Source: Somniosus microcephalus
Lineage: Eukaryota
NCBI GenBank assembly: GCA_052327205.1
Contig: CM126204.1
Span: forward strand, 43,090,001 to 43,154,000
Direction: 5' to 3'
Length of the DNA: 64,000 bases
The notes beneath the pieces were generated by a model, which was not told the origin of the DNA, searched no databases, and was given only the letters and a program-made list of their open reading frames with translations. Of the stretch, positions 26,557-38,919 are shown in pieces; positions within the stretch are counted from its first letter, which is position 1; each line of letters begins with the position of its first letter. Both the position numbers and the translations under genes were made by a program.

Positions 26557-27179
26557 GAACATAAGAACATAAGAAATAGGAGCAGGAGTAGGCCAATCGG
26601 CCCCTCGAGCCTGCTCCACCATTCAATAAGATCATGGCTGATCTGATCGTAACCTCAAACCTTCTATCACTCTCCATCCCACCCGAACCCATGTGATCTC
26701 CCGGGAGAGGCGTAAAACCAGATTAAAAAACCCAATGGCCAATTTGGGAGAAAAAATCTGGGAAATTCCTCTCCGACCCATCTAGGCGATCGAAACTCTT
26801 CCAGGAGATCACTCTGTCCCTATATTTTCTACAGTACCTGTACTTACCTTCTGTGAAGGCAATCTCCACCCCAGCCAGGAACAGGAATAGAACCATCTCC
26901 TGAAATCTAACACAGAATTAGAACACAAGAAGTAGGAGCAGGACCAGGCTACACGGCCCCTGGGCCCGCTCCGCTACCCACAGGGCCATGACCGTTCCGA
27001 ACCTAGACTCATGTCCAATTTCCTGCCCGCTCCCCGTAACCCCTAATTCCCTTTACTTCTAAGAAACTGTCTATTTCTGTTTTTAATTTATTTAATGATG
27101 TAGCTTCCACAGCTTTCTGGGGCAGCAAATTCCACAAACCTACCACCCTCTGAGTGAAGAAGTTTCTCCTCATCTCAGT
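26557..27179 (-). mobile_element. CR1 3' fragment with extended composite 3' UTR
   Basis: Reverse complement of about 11612-12221, including the extra UTR. Confidence 0.92.
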
Positions 27180-27635
27180 CTCCTGTACATTGGGGAGACC
27201 AAACGCAGATTGGGCGACCGCTTTGCAGAACACCTCCGTTCAGTCTGTACGGGTGACCCTGAGCTTCCGGTCGCCTGTCACTTTAATTCACCGCTTCACT
27301 CCCACTCTGATCTCTCTGTCCTCGGGCTATTGCATTGTTCCAATGAAGCTCAACGTAAGCTCGAGGAACAGCACCTCATCTTTCGATTGGGCACTTTGCA
27401 GCCTGCCAGACTCAACATTGAGTTCAACAATTTCAGATAATTATCCCTGCCCCCATTTTTCATGCAGTATGATTTTTGCCATTCCCATTTGCAACATTTT
27501 ATCTTTCCTGCCTCTTACAAAAAGTACAGGATGTTCTTTCTACTCCTTCCTCCCCTCCTAACCGCCCCCCGCCTCCACCCCCCCCCCCCCCGTCTCTGCA
27601 CCTGCTTAATATCTGTTACATTTCCAGCTTTTTCC

Positions 27636-27672
27636 AGTTCTGATGAAGGGTCCCAGACCTGAAACGTTAACT
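27636..27672 (+). ncRNA. Minimal hammerhead ribozyme motif (upstream pseudo-LTR)
   Basis: AGTT-CTGATGA-AGGGTCCCAGACCT-GAAAC-GTT-AACT. Confidence 0.82.
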
Positions 27673-27807
27673 CTGTTTCTCTCTCCACGGATGCTGCCTG
27701 GCCTGCTGAGTATTTCCAGCATTTTCTGTTGTTATTTCAGATTTCCAGCATCCGCAGTATTGTGCAATTATATTAGTGTTTGGTTCACTGCCACCTCTCT
27801 TCTAGGA

Positions 27808-30555
27808 ATGCCTACCTTGAAGAAGTTCTGCTCTTCTCCCTGACGGGGGTTCCGTTTATCTATTCAGCCTTGTTCATCTTCATTGCTTTCAGTTTCCCTT
27901 CTCGTTTTTGACCAGGTATCTGCCAAGACTCGGTTTCACAGCCACATCTCTTTCCTCAGTAACTGTCTCCGGTTCAGAGTTATTCCACGTGGATTCCAAC
28001 TAAACTTCCACCCTTCATGTTTTGGATCCACCCAGGATTACAAATATCTCCTCGATATTCATCGTTCTTCAAACTACTGCTCTCGCCGCATCTTGAGATC
28101 CACGCTCAACGCCATGCGCCGCCACATGAACAACCTCGACCTCTCTCTTCAGCACCGACGCACTCTATTTCAATGCTGTCCGGGTCCACAGTTCCATTTC
28201 ATCCTTCGACTCATCCGACGCTTCAACAAAAAACTTTTTTTCTTCCTTTCTGATGTCAAGGATCGCAAGCTTCATCAACTCGTGGACACCAACGCCCCCC
28301 CAGAACCTTCTTCCCCGTTACTTTCCTCCGATCCGATCCCTTCTTCCAATCTCACCCCCTGCCGTGTTTTCACTATCCCCTCTGACCTTCCCCTCTCTGA
28401 CCGCGAACGTTCAGTCTTCAACAAAGGCCTGAGCTTCATCCCCTTACGCCCCCATCTGAATGAATTTCGAGCTCGGCACGATGCTGAGCTCTTCTTCTGT
28501 TGCCTTCGTCTCCGTGCCCACTTCTTTGGCCAGGAGTCTTCCTCCCGCACGGTTGATCCTTTCTCCCGCTTTCTAAATTCTCGTTCTACTTGGACCCCTC
28601 CCTCTGGCCTTCTACCCTCTCTAGATCTTTTCATTGCTAACTGCCGACATGACATCGGCCGTCTCCATTTCTCTGCTCCCCTCACTCACTCCAACCTACC
28701 TTCCTCTGAACTTGCAGCACTCCGTTCTCTCCGATCCAACCCTAACATTATCATTAAACCTGCTGATAAGGGTGGTGCTGTTGTTGTTTGGTGAACCGAC
28801 CTCTACCGTGCAGAAGCTGAACGCCAACTCTCCAACACCTCCTCCTACCTCCGCCTGGACCATGACCCCACTAGCAAACATCAAGCCATTGTTTCCAAGT
28901 GTGTCACTGACCTCATCTCCTCCGGAGATCTTCCCTCCATGGCCGCCAACCTCATAGTCCCCCAACCCCGCACAGCCCACTTCTACCTCCTTCCCAAGAT
29001 CCACAAACAGGACTACCCTGGTAGACCCATCGTTTCAGCCTGTTCTTGCCCCACGGAACTTATCTCTTCCTATCTCGACTCTATTTTTTCTCCCCTTGTC
29101 CAATCTCTTCCCACCTACATTCGCGACACTTCCGACGCCCTCCGTCACTTTAACAGTTTCCAGTTTCCTGGCCCCAACCATCTCCTTTTCACTATGGACG
29201 TCCAATCCCTCTGCACCTCCATCCCCCACCAGGACGGCCTTCAGGCGCTCCGTTTCTTCCTTGAACAGAGGCCCAACCAGTCCCCATCCACCACCACCCT
29301 CCTCCGCCTGGCTGAACTTGTTTTCACATTGAACAACTTCTCCTTTGACTCCACTCACTTCCTCCAAATTAAAGGTGTTGCTATGGGAACCCGCATGGGC
29401 CCTAGCTATGCCTGCCTGTTCATGGGATATGTGGAACATTCTTTGTTCCAGTCCTACTCAGGTCCCCTCCCTCACCTCTTTTTCCGGTACATCGATAACT
29501 GTATTGGTGCCGTTTCCTGCTCTCGCCCTGAACTGGATAAGTTCATTCACTTTACTTCCAATTTCCACCCTGCCCTCACCTTCACATGGTTCATCTCCGA
29601 CTCTTCCCTTCCCTTCCTTGACTTCTCCATCTCCATTTCTGGCAATCGGCTTTCAACAAACATCCACTACAAGCCCACCGACTCCCACAGCTACCTGGAC
29701 TACACTTCCTCCCACCCCACTTCCTGTAAGGACTCTATTCCATTCTCCCAGTTTCTCCGTCTCCGCTGCGTCTGTTCTGACGATGCCACCTTCCATACCA
29801 GTGCTTCTGACATGTCTTCCTTTTTCCTCAACCGAGGATTCCCCTCTACCGTGGTTGACACAGCCCTTGACCGTGTCCGTTCTATTTCCCACACTTCTGC
29901 TCTCACCCCTGCCCCTCCCTCCCAGAACCATGATAGGGTTCCCCTTGTCCTCAACTTTCACCCCACCAGCCTCCACATTCAATGGATCATCCTCCGCCAT
30001 TTCCGCCACCTCCAACGTGATCCCACCACCAAACACATCTTCCACTCACCTCCCCTTTCAGCATTCCGAAGGGACCGCTCCCTCCGCGACACCCTAGTCC
30101 ACTCCTCAATCACCCCCAACAGCCCTGCTCCTTCACCATGCACCTTCCCGTGCAAGCGCAGGAGATGCAACACATGCCCTTTTACCTCCTCCCTTCCCAC
30201 TGTCCAGGGCCCCAAACACCCCTTCCAGGTGAAACAGCGATTTACTTGTACTTCTTGCAATTTAATATACTGTATTCGCTGCTCCCGATGTGGTCTCCTC
30301 TACATTGGGGAGACCAAACGCAGATTGGGCGACCGCTTTGCGGAACACCTCCGTTCAGTCCGTACGGGTGACCCTGAGCTTCCGGTCGCCTGTCACTTTA
30401 ATTCACCGCTTCACTCACACTCTGATCTCTCTGTCCTCGGGCTATTGCATTGTTCCAATGAAGCTCAACGTAAGCTCGAGGAACAGCACCTCATCTTTCG
30501 ATTAGGCACTTTGCAGCCTGCCGGACTCAACATTGAGTTCAACAATTTCAGATAA
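27808..30555 (+). pseudogene. Penelope ORF: RT + Cys-rich linker + GIY-YIG endonuclease
   Basis: One frame with two in-frame TGA (27841, 28792; probably CGA>TGA); KPADKG, GVAMGTRMGP, YIDN (expected YIDD), CKRRRCNTC, LIYCIRC..LYIGET. Confidence 0.93.
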
Positions 30556-30732
30556 TTATCCCTGCCCCCATTTTTCATGCAGTATGACTTTTGCCATTCC
30601 CATTTGCAACATTTTATCTTTCCTGCCTCTTACAAAAGTACAGGATGTTCTTTCTACTCCTTCCTCCCCTCCTAACCGCCCCCCCCCCGTCTCTGCACCT
30701 GCTTAATATCTGTTACAGCTCCAGCTTCTTCC

Positions 30733-30769
30733 AGTTCTGATGAAGGGTCCCAGACCTGAAACGTTAACT
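30733..30769 (+). ncRNA. Minimal hammerhead ribozyme motif (downstream pseudo-LTR)
   Basis: Identical to 27636-27672. Confidence 0.82.
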
Positions 30770-31666
30770 CTGTTTCTCTCTCCACGGATGCTGCCTGGCC
30801 TGCTGAGTATTTCCAGCATTTTCTGTTGTTATTTCTGGCATTTTAACAACCTGCTGCTGAAGGACGAGCGGTTCCGGGATTCGTTTTGTCGGTTCTGGGC
30901 CGACTGGAGAAGGAAGCTAGGGGGCTTTCCCTCCTTGAGGCTACGGTGGGATGTGGGCAAGGCTCACATCTGTCTCTTCTGTCAGGAGTACGCAAGGGGT
31001 TCGACCAAGAGGCGGGAGGCCCAGGTCGGGCGGTTGGAGAGGGAGGTGCTCGACCTGGAGTCCCGTCTCGGTCAAGTTGTCGAGGACTCGGCCCTGCGGA
31101 AGGTGTATGAAGAGAAGAAGGGCACATTGAAGGACCTGCAGCTCGTTGGGTCCCGAGGCGCGTACGTGAGGTCACGGATCCAGTTCCTCCGGGACCTGGA
31201 CCGCGGTTCCCCCTTCTTCTACTCGCTGGAAAAAAGACGGGGTCCGTAAGCAGCTCTTGGGGCTGCTGGCCGACGACTGATCTCTGGTCTCGGATCCGGA
31301 GGGGATCAGCGTGGAGACCCAGCCCTATTATGGGGCTCTGTTCTCTCCGGATCTGTCCAGCGAGGATGCGCGCAGAGTTTTGTGGGAAGACTTGCCGAAG
31401 ATCGGCCCGGAGAGCGCCGAAAATCTGGACGCTCCGCTAAGCTTGGCGGAGCTGATCGGCGCCTTCGGCCAGCTCTCGAGGGGAAAGTCCCCGGGGCTGG
31501 ACGGGCTGACCGTGGAGTTCCACAGGGCATTCTGGGACTACACGCGGGTCCTGGGGGAAAGTTTGGCGACCGGGGAGATGCCCCTCTCTTGTCATTGTCC
31601 TGCTGCCCAAGAAGGGCGATCTCCGCCTATTAAAAAACTCGCACCCGGTCTCCCTCCTCAGCACAG

Positions 31667-32024
31667 TGTGATGAAATATGCCATTCATCAGGCACTCTGT
31701 ATTCTCTGTGTTTGATTGTGCCTGTGACTGTGACAAGCAGGGGAGCCTAGTTTCAGTTTCATTTCCTTACCTGTATTGTATTGTGTGTAGGGCTCCGCCC
31801 ATACCTGGCCCCTACTTAAGCAGGCCCCAGCGTGTCTCACAGGCAGTACAGCAGATCTCTGGATGAGAGACACTTCTCCACTGTGTATTACTTTCTGAGT
31901 TAATAGAAGCCTTGCTTTGCTCCGTTAACGTTGAGTCTCGGATTCATTGAGGCACATCAATTTTATTAACTCAGAAAGTAATACACAGTGGAGAAGTGTC
32001 TCTCATCCAGAGATCTGCTGTACT
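31667..32024 (+). mobile_element. Single Gypsy LTR (31667-31959) followed by an inverted copy of its own R region
   Basis: TGTG..ATCA ends; TATA-like TACTTAAG at 31813; 31961-32024 is the reverse complement of 31845-31908 (63/64); interrupts Tx1 RT with no TSD. Confidence 0.85.
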
Positions 32025-34849
32025 TTTTTGCCACGGCCATGTCTGCCCGCCATGGCACCGTGCTGGCCCACATGATCCACCCCGACCAGTCCTACACGGT
32101 CCCGGGCTGGACCATCCACGACAATATCCATCTGGTCCGGGACCTGGTCCACCATTCCCAGAGGGCTGGTCTGTCGGTCGCCTTCCTTTCCCTGGATCAG
32201 GAGAAGGCGTTTGACAGGGTGGATCACGAGTATCTTTTCGGAACTCTGCGTGCATGCGGGTTCGGGATGCATTTCGTCGCCCGGATCTGATTGATGTATG
32301 CCGCCGCGAAGTGTCTGATAAAAGTTAACGGGTCTTTGACGGCGCCCCTTCGGTTCGGGAGAGGAATGCGTCAGGGATGCCCCATGTCCGGTCAGTTATA
32401 TGCCATCTGCGTGGAGCCTTTCCTGCGCCTCTTGCGGAAGAGGTTGTCGGGACTGGCTCTGCAAGGGCCGGGCATGGAGGTCGTCCTCTCGGCTTACGCT
32501 GATGACATGCTCCTCACGGTCACGGATCCCGTCGACTTGCGGAGGATGCGGGAATACCAGCAGATTTACTTGAACGCATCCTCCGCCAGGATCAACTGGG
32601 AGAAATGTTCTGGACTCCTGGTGGGCCAGTGGCGGGTGGACTCCCTGCCGGAGGAGTTCAGGCCTTTCGCCTGGAGCTCCACGCACCTCCTCTACTTGGG
32701 AGACTACATTAGCCCCGCCGAGGACGCCTGGCCGGCGAACTGGCAAGAGCTGGAGGCCAAAGTCACTGCTCACCTGGACGCTAGACAGGACTGCTCCGAG
32801 TGTTCTAAACCAGCTGGTGGCTGCCATGTTGTGGTACTGGTTGGTCACTTTGATCCCTCCCCCTGTATTTGTCGCCAAGATGCAGAAGAAGCTCATCAAC
32901 TTCTTCTGGGACAAAAGGAAGCACTGGGTCTCTGCCGCGGTTCTGAGTCTCCTGCTTAGGGAGGGCGGTCAGGCGCTGGTGTGCCTTCACACCCGGGCGG
33001 CGACTTTCCGTCTTCGGACGCTGCAGAGATACCTGTACATCAAGAATCCTCCTCGATGGTGTGCGTTGGCGACGTATTTCTTCCGTCAGCTGCACGGCCT
33101 CAATTACGACATGCAGCTCCTGTTTGTGAAAGTGGGCGGTACACGTGCCTGCCTGCGGGAGCTGCCTGTCTTCTACCAGGAACAGCTATGGGCCTGGAAC
33201 AGTGTTGCCTCCAGGTGGAGTCCTCCCCTGTCAGGAGTGGCGGCTGTCCTTCAGGAGCTTCTGCTCAGGAATCCGCACCTCCACGACCACCGGCTCAGGT
33301 GGCTGGTGGAGGGCAGGGCTGTGCATGGTAGGGTGACTAGAATCAGGGACCTGCTCGATGGCGGAGGAGCGGGCTGGATGGCGCCAGAAGAGCTGGCGCA
33401 GCGCCTGCCCTCCACCAACGTCAGCCTCTTGGCCAAAGCCATCGAGTCGCTGAAAGCAGAATTGGGCCCTGACTCCACTAGGTGTATCGAGGAGGCTCAA
33501 GCATGTCGGGCGATCCCGTCCGAACTGACCCCCGTTCGGACAGAATTCCTCATCGGCGCGCGGCCCCGAAACTCTTCTCGGGAACCGGCACCTCACAACT
33601 TGAGCCGTCTCGGTGAAATACCTTCAGTGCGGAGGCGGAGGTTCCCAATGGAGGGCTCTCTATGCGGGAGTCCTCCCCTTTTCTATTGGGGACTTGGCCT
33701 GGTGGGTGTTGCATGGAGCAGTCCCGTGCAATAAAATGTTAAGTAGGTTCACGGACTCCCAGGCCGCCTGCCTCTTTTGTGGCCTAGAGGAGTCCATGTT
33801 TCATGTTTATATAGAATGTCAGAGGTTGCAGCCCCTGTTCCATTACTTGAAGGGGCTGCTCCTTGATTTTTGGCTGCACTTCAGTCCCACGCTCCTGATC
33901 TTCGGTCACCCGATGCGGAGGGGAGCGGGCAGGTCGGAGGACCTCCTCGTAGGACTGCTTCTGGGCCTGGCCAAAGTGGCCATTAACAAGTCCACGCAGC
34001 GGGTGGTCGAGGGGGTCGTTCGGCCCGATTGCCTGCCTCTCTTCTGCGGCTATGTTCACGCCCAGGTGGCCCTGGAGATGGAGCACGCGGTGTCCGCCGG
34101 CACACTCAAGGCCTTCCGCGACCAGTGGTCGCCGCGGGGACTGGAGTGCATCATCACCCCGGCAAACCAAATTTTAATTTAATTTGTTAAGTTTTATTTA
34201 AAATTCCATTAATTTACAGTCAATTGGTTCTAACCAAAAGAGCACCCCAGCTGTGATCAGTTGTTTCAGCACGAAATAAAGATGGGACCTTCCTGCTGAA
34301 TGTGGCTCAGTACCATTTATCAGCGGAGGCAGAGGGAGTGTTGGTGATGAGTTTTAATAATCGATCACAAATGGTCAATATAATCTGTACCAAAGGAGTT
34401 AAACACAAAGCAGATGCTGGCTCTCATAAGTGCATTTTTTGAATACAAATTAAATACAATATTAATTAAAATGAATAGTCTTGTACAGCATATAGAACAT
34501 TAATTATACATGCAAATGTTTGGGTAATAACACATTATAACTTGCATTTGATTATGATCTTTGCAGTACACGTATCCTCTGAGCACCACTTGAATACAAA
34601 GGTAATTTAGGTAATTACATCAAGTACCTTTTGATGTGCTGCTCAAATCTTCACAGTGCACAATTCTGTCCCTTGTCACTTGGCATCATTATGTGTGCAG
34701 CGCGCTAACCATAAGATGAAAATTCATGTGTTATGCAGTTATTGCTGGAAGCTACCTGATAGCATGGCGTTGTTAGTAAAGTTGAATATTCAGCAAGTTC
34801 AGCTTCGAGCGTGGCGACGTTTAAGTGGGGCCCTCCAGCTGATTAAGGC

Positions 34850-35215
34850 GCTGAGGAGCTGGGCTACACAGAGTGGGCCCCAGATTTGCTCCCTGATCTG
34901 TGCAGTTATCTGATCTCAGTAGGATGGCACTCGGAGGTATTAGAATTGGTCTCAGTGGCCCGAGCATAAGGAGGGGAAAATCAGCCAACATTTACACTCC
35001 TGACTACTATCCACTCCTGCCAGAAGTGCTTGTGTGTGGAGGTCACATGAGTCTAGGATTGCCATCCACCATTGAACAGCCTTCTGACCTTTGCTGTTTA
35101 AGACTCACAAATGAAGGATAAACACTTGGGCAAGGTAGCAGAAGATGCTTGGCATTTGGTGGGACCCTGGCCGAGCAAGGAGTCAGCACCCACTGGAGCA
35201 GAGCAGAGACAAAAT
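34850..35215 (+). mobile_element. Ancient SINE (AmnSINE2-like)
   Basis: TGTGCAGTTATCTGATCTCAG..GGAGGGGAAAATCAGCCA..CACTTGGGCAAGGTA; matches the other two copies. Confidence 0.6.
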
Positions 35216-35264
35216 CAAATTTCAATCTTTAAACATGAATCTCAGCTGTGCACTGACGACACCT

Positions 35265-35437
35265 GTATTCTCTAGAGTTTAGAAGAAGAATGAGGGGTGA
35301 TATCATTGAAACATACAAAATTCTTACAGGACTTGACAAGGTAGATGCAGGGAGGACGTTTCCCCTGGCTGGGGGGTCTAGAACCAAGGGTCACAGTCTC
35401 AGAATAAGGGGTCGGCCATTTAAGACTGAGATGAGGA
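35265..35437 (+). mobile_element. CR1 internal fragment
   Basis: Matches CR1 ORF2 C-terminal sequence at 655-825. Confidence 0.8.
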
Positions 35438-35524
35438 GACCTTGAAATCACTGCATAGTTGTATACTTTCTTATTGTTGGACTAGCAGGTGCAATGGTGT
35501 TGCTCCTAGTGTGTTAGACATATT

Positions 35525-36287
35525 GGCCCAGAAAGTCAGGTCTCCATGGGTGAGTACGCACGGGGTACTCACCCGTAGGCCCGATGGAAGTGCTGGTTTC
35601 CTGCATGCACTGCACATGCGCGGGAAACTGGCACTTCCGTCCCCTGAACGAAGAGGTTCAGAGGTCGAACGCGTGCGTAGGAGGGGCTGCGCGTGCGCAT
35701 TGAACTTCGGTCTTTTTTACAGGTTTTCCCGGGAACATAAGCCTGCAGAATTTAGAAATGTAAAAAGCAGGCGTAAGGCCTGCTTTTTACAAGGTAAGTG
35801 GTGAATTAATTAAAATTAAAACATTTTTTCCACAGGTTTATTATTTTTAAATACTTTAAAGAAAGGTAAGTTTATTTTTAGCCCCGTTAGAAAATAAAAT
35901 TATTTTTTTCAAAAATTTAAATTATTGTTTAAAATAGTTATTTCATGTAATTTATAGTTTATTTAAAAAATGTGATTTAAAAAAAAAATTATTTGAAGAT
36001 TTAGTGCTATTTTGGGGTCGTAGTATTTATAAGTCTTGACAGCACTTCCTGTCAGACTTATGAATGGAGCATTCCCTGCTCCGATTGGCTCCCCATGGCC
36101 CACGTGATCCCAGGGGATGCATCGAACTAACTGCACCCCTGGGATACGCAAGCACTGTGTGCCGGCAGCTGGACCAGGCCCCGGATCGGAATTCCACGGG
36201 GGCCCACAGCTCAATGGCCGGCGCGCAAGGTAAGTGCAGGTCGGGGGCTTACACCCGCGGGAAGCCCCCGACCCGAATTTCTGGGCC
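35525..36287. mobile_element. Harbinger-like MITE, family B
   Basis: GGCCCAGAAA...TTTCTGGGCC TIRs; flanks ATT/AAT; GC-rich hairpin arms with an AT-rich core; related copy at 48133-48891. Confidence 0.8.
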
Positions 36288-36825
36288 AATGTGGAGTGGA
36301 AACAAGGGAAGAGTCCATTACTCCACTGACAGGATTTGGAAAGAAGTATGTAAGCAATCCTTTCAAAAACTGATGTGGTAGTTTATTTTAGCTGGTTCTT
36401 GGAAATTAAACAAATAATGTTTTCTTTGTCAACTGCAAATAGATGAATACATAAATTTGTTCCCTTGACATTGCATAGTTACATAAATAACTAACATGGA
36501 GGGGCAGCTCTTTATCTGTATGGTCCATGTGTTTTTATAACAAGTGTAAGAAATAAATTAAGCTAATTTGCAATTTTCCTGCTTCATCAAATATCTCAAC
36601 AAGTGAATGTCAGAAGGCGATGAGCAGTAATGCAGCTGAGCCCAGTCTAATACTCATCTGTTCTGGAAACATCAGCACTTCCAACTGGAAAGGATATTAG
36701 GTTTGTACCAGTGGCCAAAGGATGAACTAATCATTGCACGTCCGTTTAGTATCATGCAACAGTTAATTTTTTTTTATATTGAGAAACCCAGGTGACAGAC
36801 CACGGCCCATAATACTAGCAACTAG

Positions 36826-37165
36826 CAACAATAACAGCAACTTTCATTTATATAGCACCTCTAACATAGTAACATGTCCCAAGGTGCTTCACAAGAGTGA
36901 TTTTCAAACAAAATTTGACACTGAGCCACATGAGATATTGGGTCAAGTGACTAAAGGTTTGGTCAAAGAGGTAGGTTTTAAGGAGCGTCTTACAAGAGGA
37001 GAGAAGTGGGGAGGTTTAGTGAAGGAATTCCTGAGCTTAGGGCCTATACATCTGAAGGACACCAATGGTAGAGCGATGAAAATCGGAGATGCACAAGAGG
37101 CCAGAATTAGAGGAGCGCAGGGATCTCGGAGGGTTGTAGGGCTGGAGGGAGGTTACAGAGAAAGG
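36826..37165 (-). mobile_element. L2 LINE 3' fragment (older)
   Basis: Diverged copy of 37323-37680. Confidence 0.8.
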
Positions 37166-37322
37166 GATTTCTTGCATACTTCTTTCAAGATTGGAAAAAT
37201 AGAAAAAAACCAAGCTAGCGATTAGGTGTCACCTATCTTGGGTTTCAAAAGCCTGTAGGAGGAAGTAAGGCTGATGGAGGCAAAGAATTCTTTAGGTTTG
37301 AGATCCTTGGAAAAGAATGAGG

Positions 37323-38580
37323 ACAACAACTTGTATTTATATAGCACCTTTAACGTAGTAAAATGCCCCAAGGCACTTCACAGGAGTATTATAAGACAAA
37401 AAATTGACACCGTGCCATATAAGGAGAAATTAGTGCAGGTGACGCAAAAGCTTGGTCAAAGAGGTAGGGTTTTAAGGAGCATCTTAAAGGAGGAAAGAGA
37501 GGTAGCGAGGCGGAGAGGTTTGGGCAGGGAATTCCAGAGCTGAGGGCCTAGGCAACAGAAGGCACAGCCACCAATGGTTGAGCGATTATAATCAGGGATG
37601 CTCAGGAGGGCAGAATTAGAGGGGCACAGATATCTTGCGGGGGTTGTGGGGCTGAAGGTGCCGAGATAGGGAGGGGCGAGGCCATGGAGGGATTTGAAAC
37701 AAGGATGATAATTTTGAAATCGAGGCGCTGCTTAACCGGGAGCCAATGTAGGTCAGCGAGCACAGGGGTGATGAGTGAACGGGGCTTGGTGCGAGTTAGG
37801 TCACGGGAGATGAGTTTTGGATAACCTCAAGTTTACATCGGGTAGAATGTGGGAGGCCAGCCAGGAATGTGTTGGAATAGTCAAGTCTGGAGGTAACAAA
37901 GGCATGGATGAGGGTTTCAGCAGCGGATGAACTGAGGCAAGGGCAGAGATGGGCGATGTTACGGAGGTGGAAATAGGCCGTCTTAGTTATGCCAAGGATA
38001 TGTGGTCGGAAGCTTATTTCGGGGTCAAATATGACACCAAGGTTGCGAACAGTGTGGCTCAGCCTCAGACAGATGTTAGGGAGAGGGATGGAGTCAGTGG
38101 CTAGGGAACGGAGTTTGTGGCGGGGACCGAAAACAATGGCTTCGGTCTTCCCAATATTTAATTGGAGAAAATTTTTGCTCATCCAGAACTGTAATGTCGG
38201 ACAAGCAGTCTGACAATTTAGACACCGTGGGGGGGTCGAGAGTAGAGGTAGTGAGGTAGAACTGGGTGTCGTCAGCGTACATGTGGAAACTGACGCTGTG
38301 TTTTCGGATGATGTCACCAAGGGGCAGCATGTAGATGAGAAATAGGAGGGGGGCCGAGGATAGATCCTTGGGGAACACCAGAGGTAACGATGCAGGAGCG
38401 GGAAGAGAAGACGTTGCAGGTGATTCTCTGGCTACGATTAGATAGCTAAGAATGGAACCAGGCAAGTGCAGTCCCACCCAGCTGGATGACAGTGGAGAGG
38501 CGTTGGAGAAGGATGGAGTGGTCAACCGTGTCAAAGGCTGCAGACAAGTCAAGAAGGACAAGGAGGGATAGTTTACCTTT
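37323..38580 (-). mobile_element. L2 LINE 3' part
   Basis: HMYADDTQFY, FLQLNIGKTE, LIHAFVTSRLDYSN; (CAA)n tail. Confidence 0.92.
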
Positions 38581-38919
38581 GGGGATATATGCAGGAAGAA
38601 AAACATGTAAAATGGGACATAGAAGGAACTAACGGATAGTTCAGAGGAACACTGACCACAACAGTATCAGCAAAATAGGGAGTGACCAGAAAAGTTGTGA
38701 TGGAAAGAAGATTGAAGGCTAGAGGTGAAAAGGGATCAGCAATTATTTCTAACTATTTCTTGAATTCTGTCCTGATTACCAGGAAAAAATGCATGTGATA
38801 TTTTACGCTCTTTCTACATTTTGCTGAACGTGCCGGATTAATTCCTTATCCAGAAACTTTCATGCTTTGTCCTCTTTGAAAGCAAACGTGACCAATCTTT
38901 ATCACTTCCAGTTCCACAG

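Larger units (their letters stand above)
26391..30834 (+). mobile_element. Penelope-like element (Neptune-type), partial tandem with a full-length downstream unit
   Basis: 16-bp TSD CTGGCATTTTAACAAC at 26375-26390 and 30835-30850; upstream partial copy repeats 30121-30834. Confidence 0.95.
24320..34242 (+). mobile_element. Tx1-clade (L1 group) LINE, 5'-truncated in ORF1, with nested insertions
   Basis: ORF2 from ATG 25651 (MKITIASLNING, LQETH, GGDFNC, LDQEKAFDRVDH, RQGCPMSG, YADD, CxxC..H...C) to 34182; TSD CACCCCAGCT at 24310-24319 and 34243-34252. Confidence 0.93.

Noticed and set aside
30740-31249. Penelope-Tx1 fusion ORF (also 26292-26564 and 11241-11783)
   Set aside because: Chance in-frame read-through across insertion junctions between dead elements.
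31845-32024. miRNA precursor or MITE
   Set aside because: The hairpin sits asymmetrically within an LTR and its ends match the predicted start site and poly(A) signal, which a reverse-transcription intermediate explains better.
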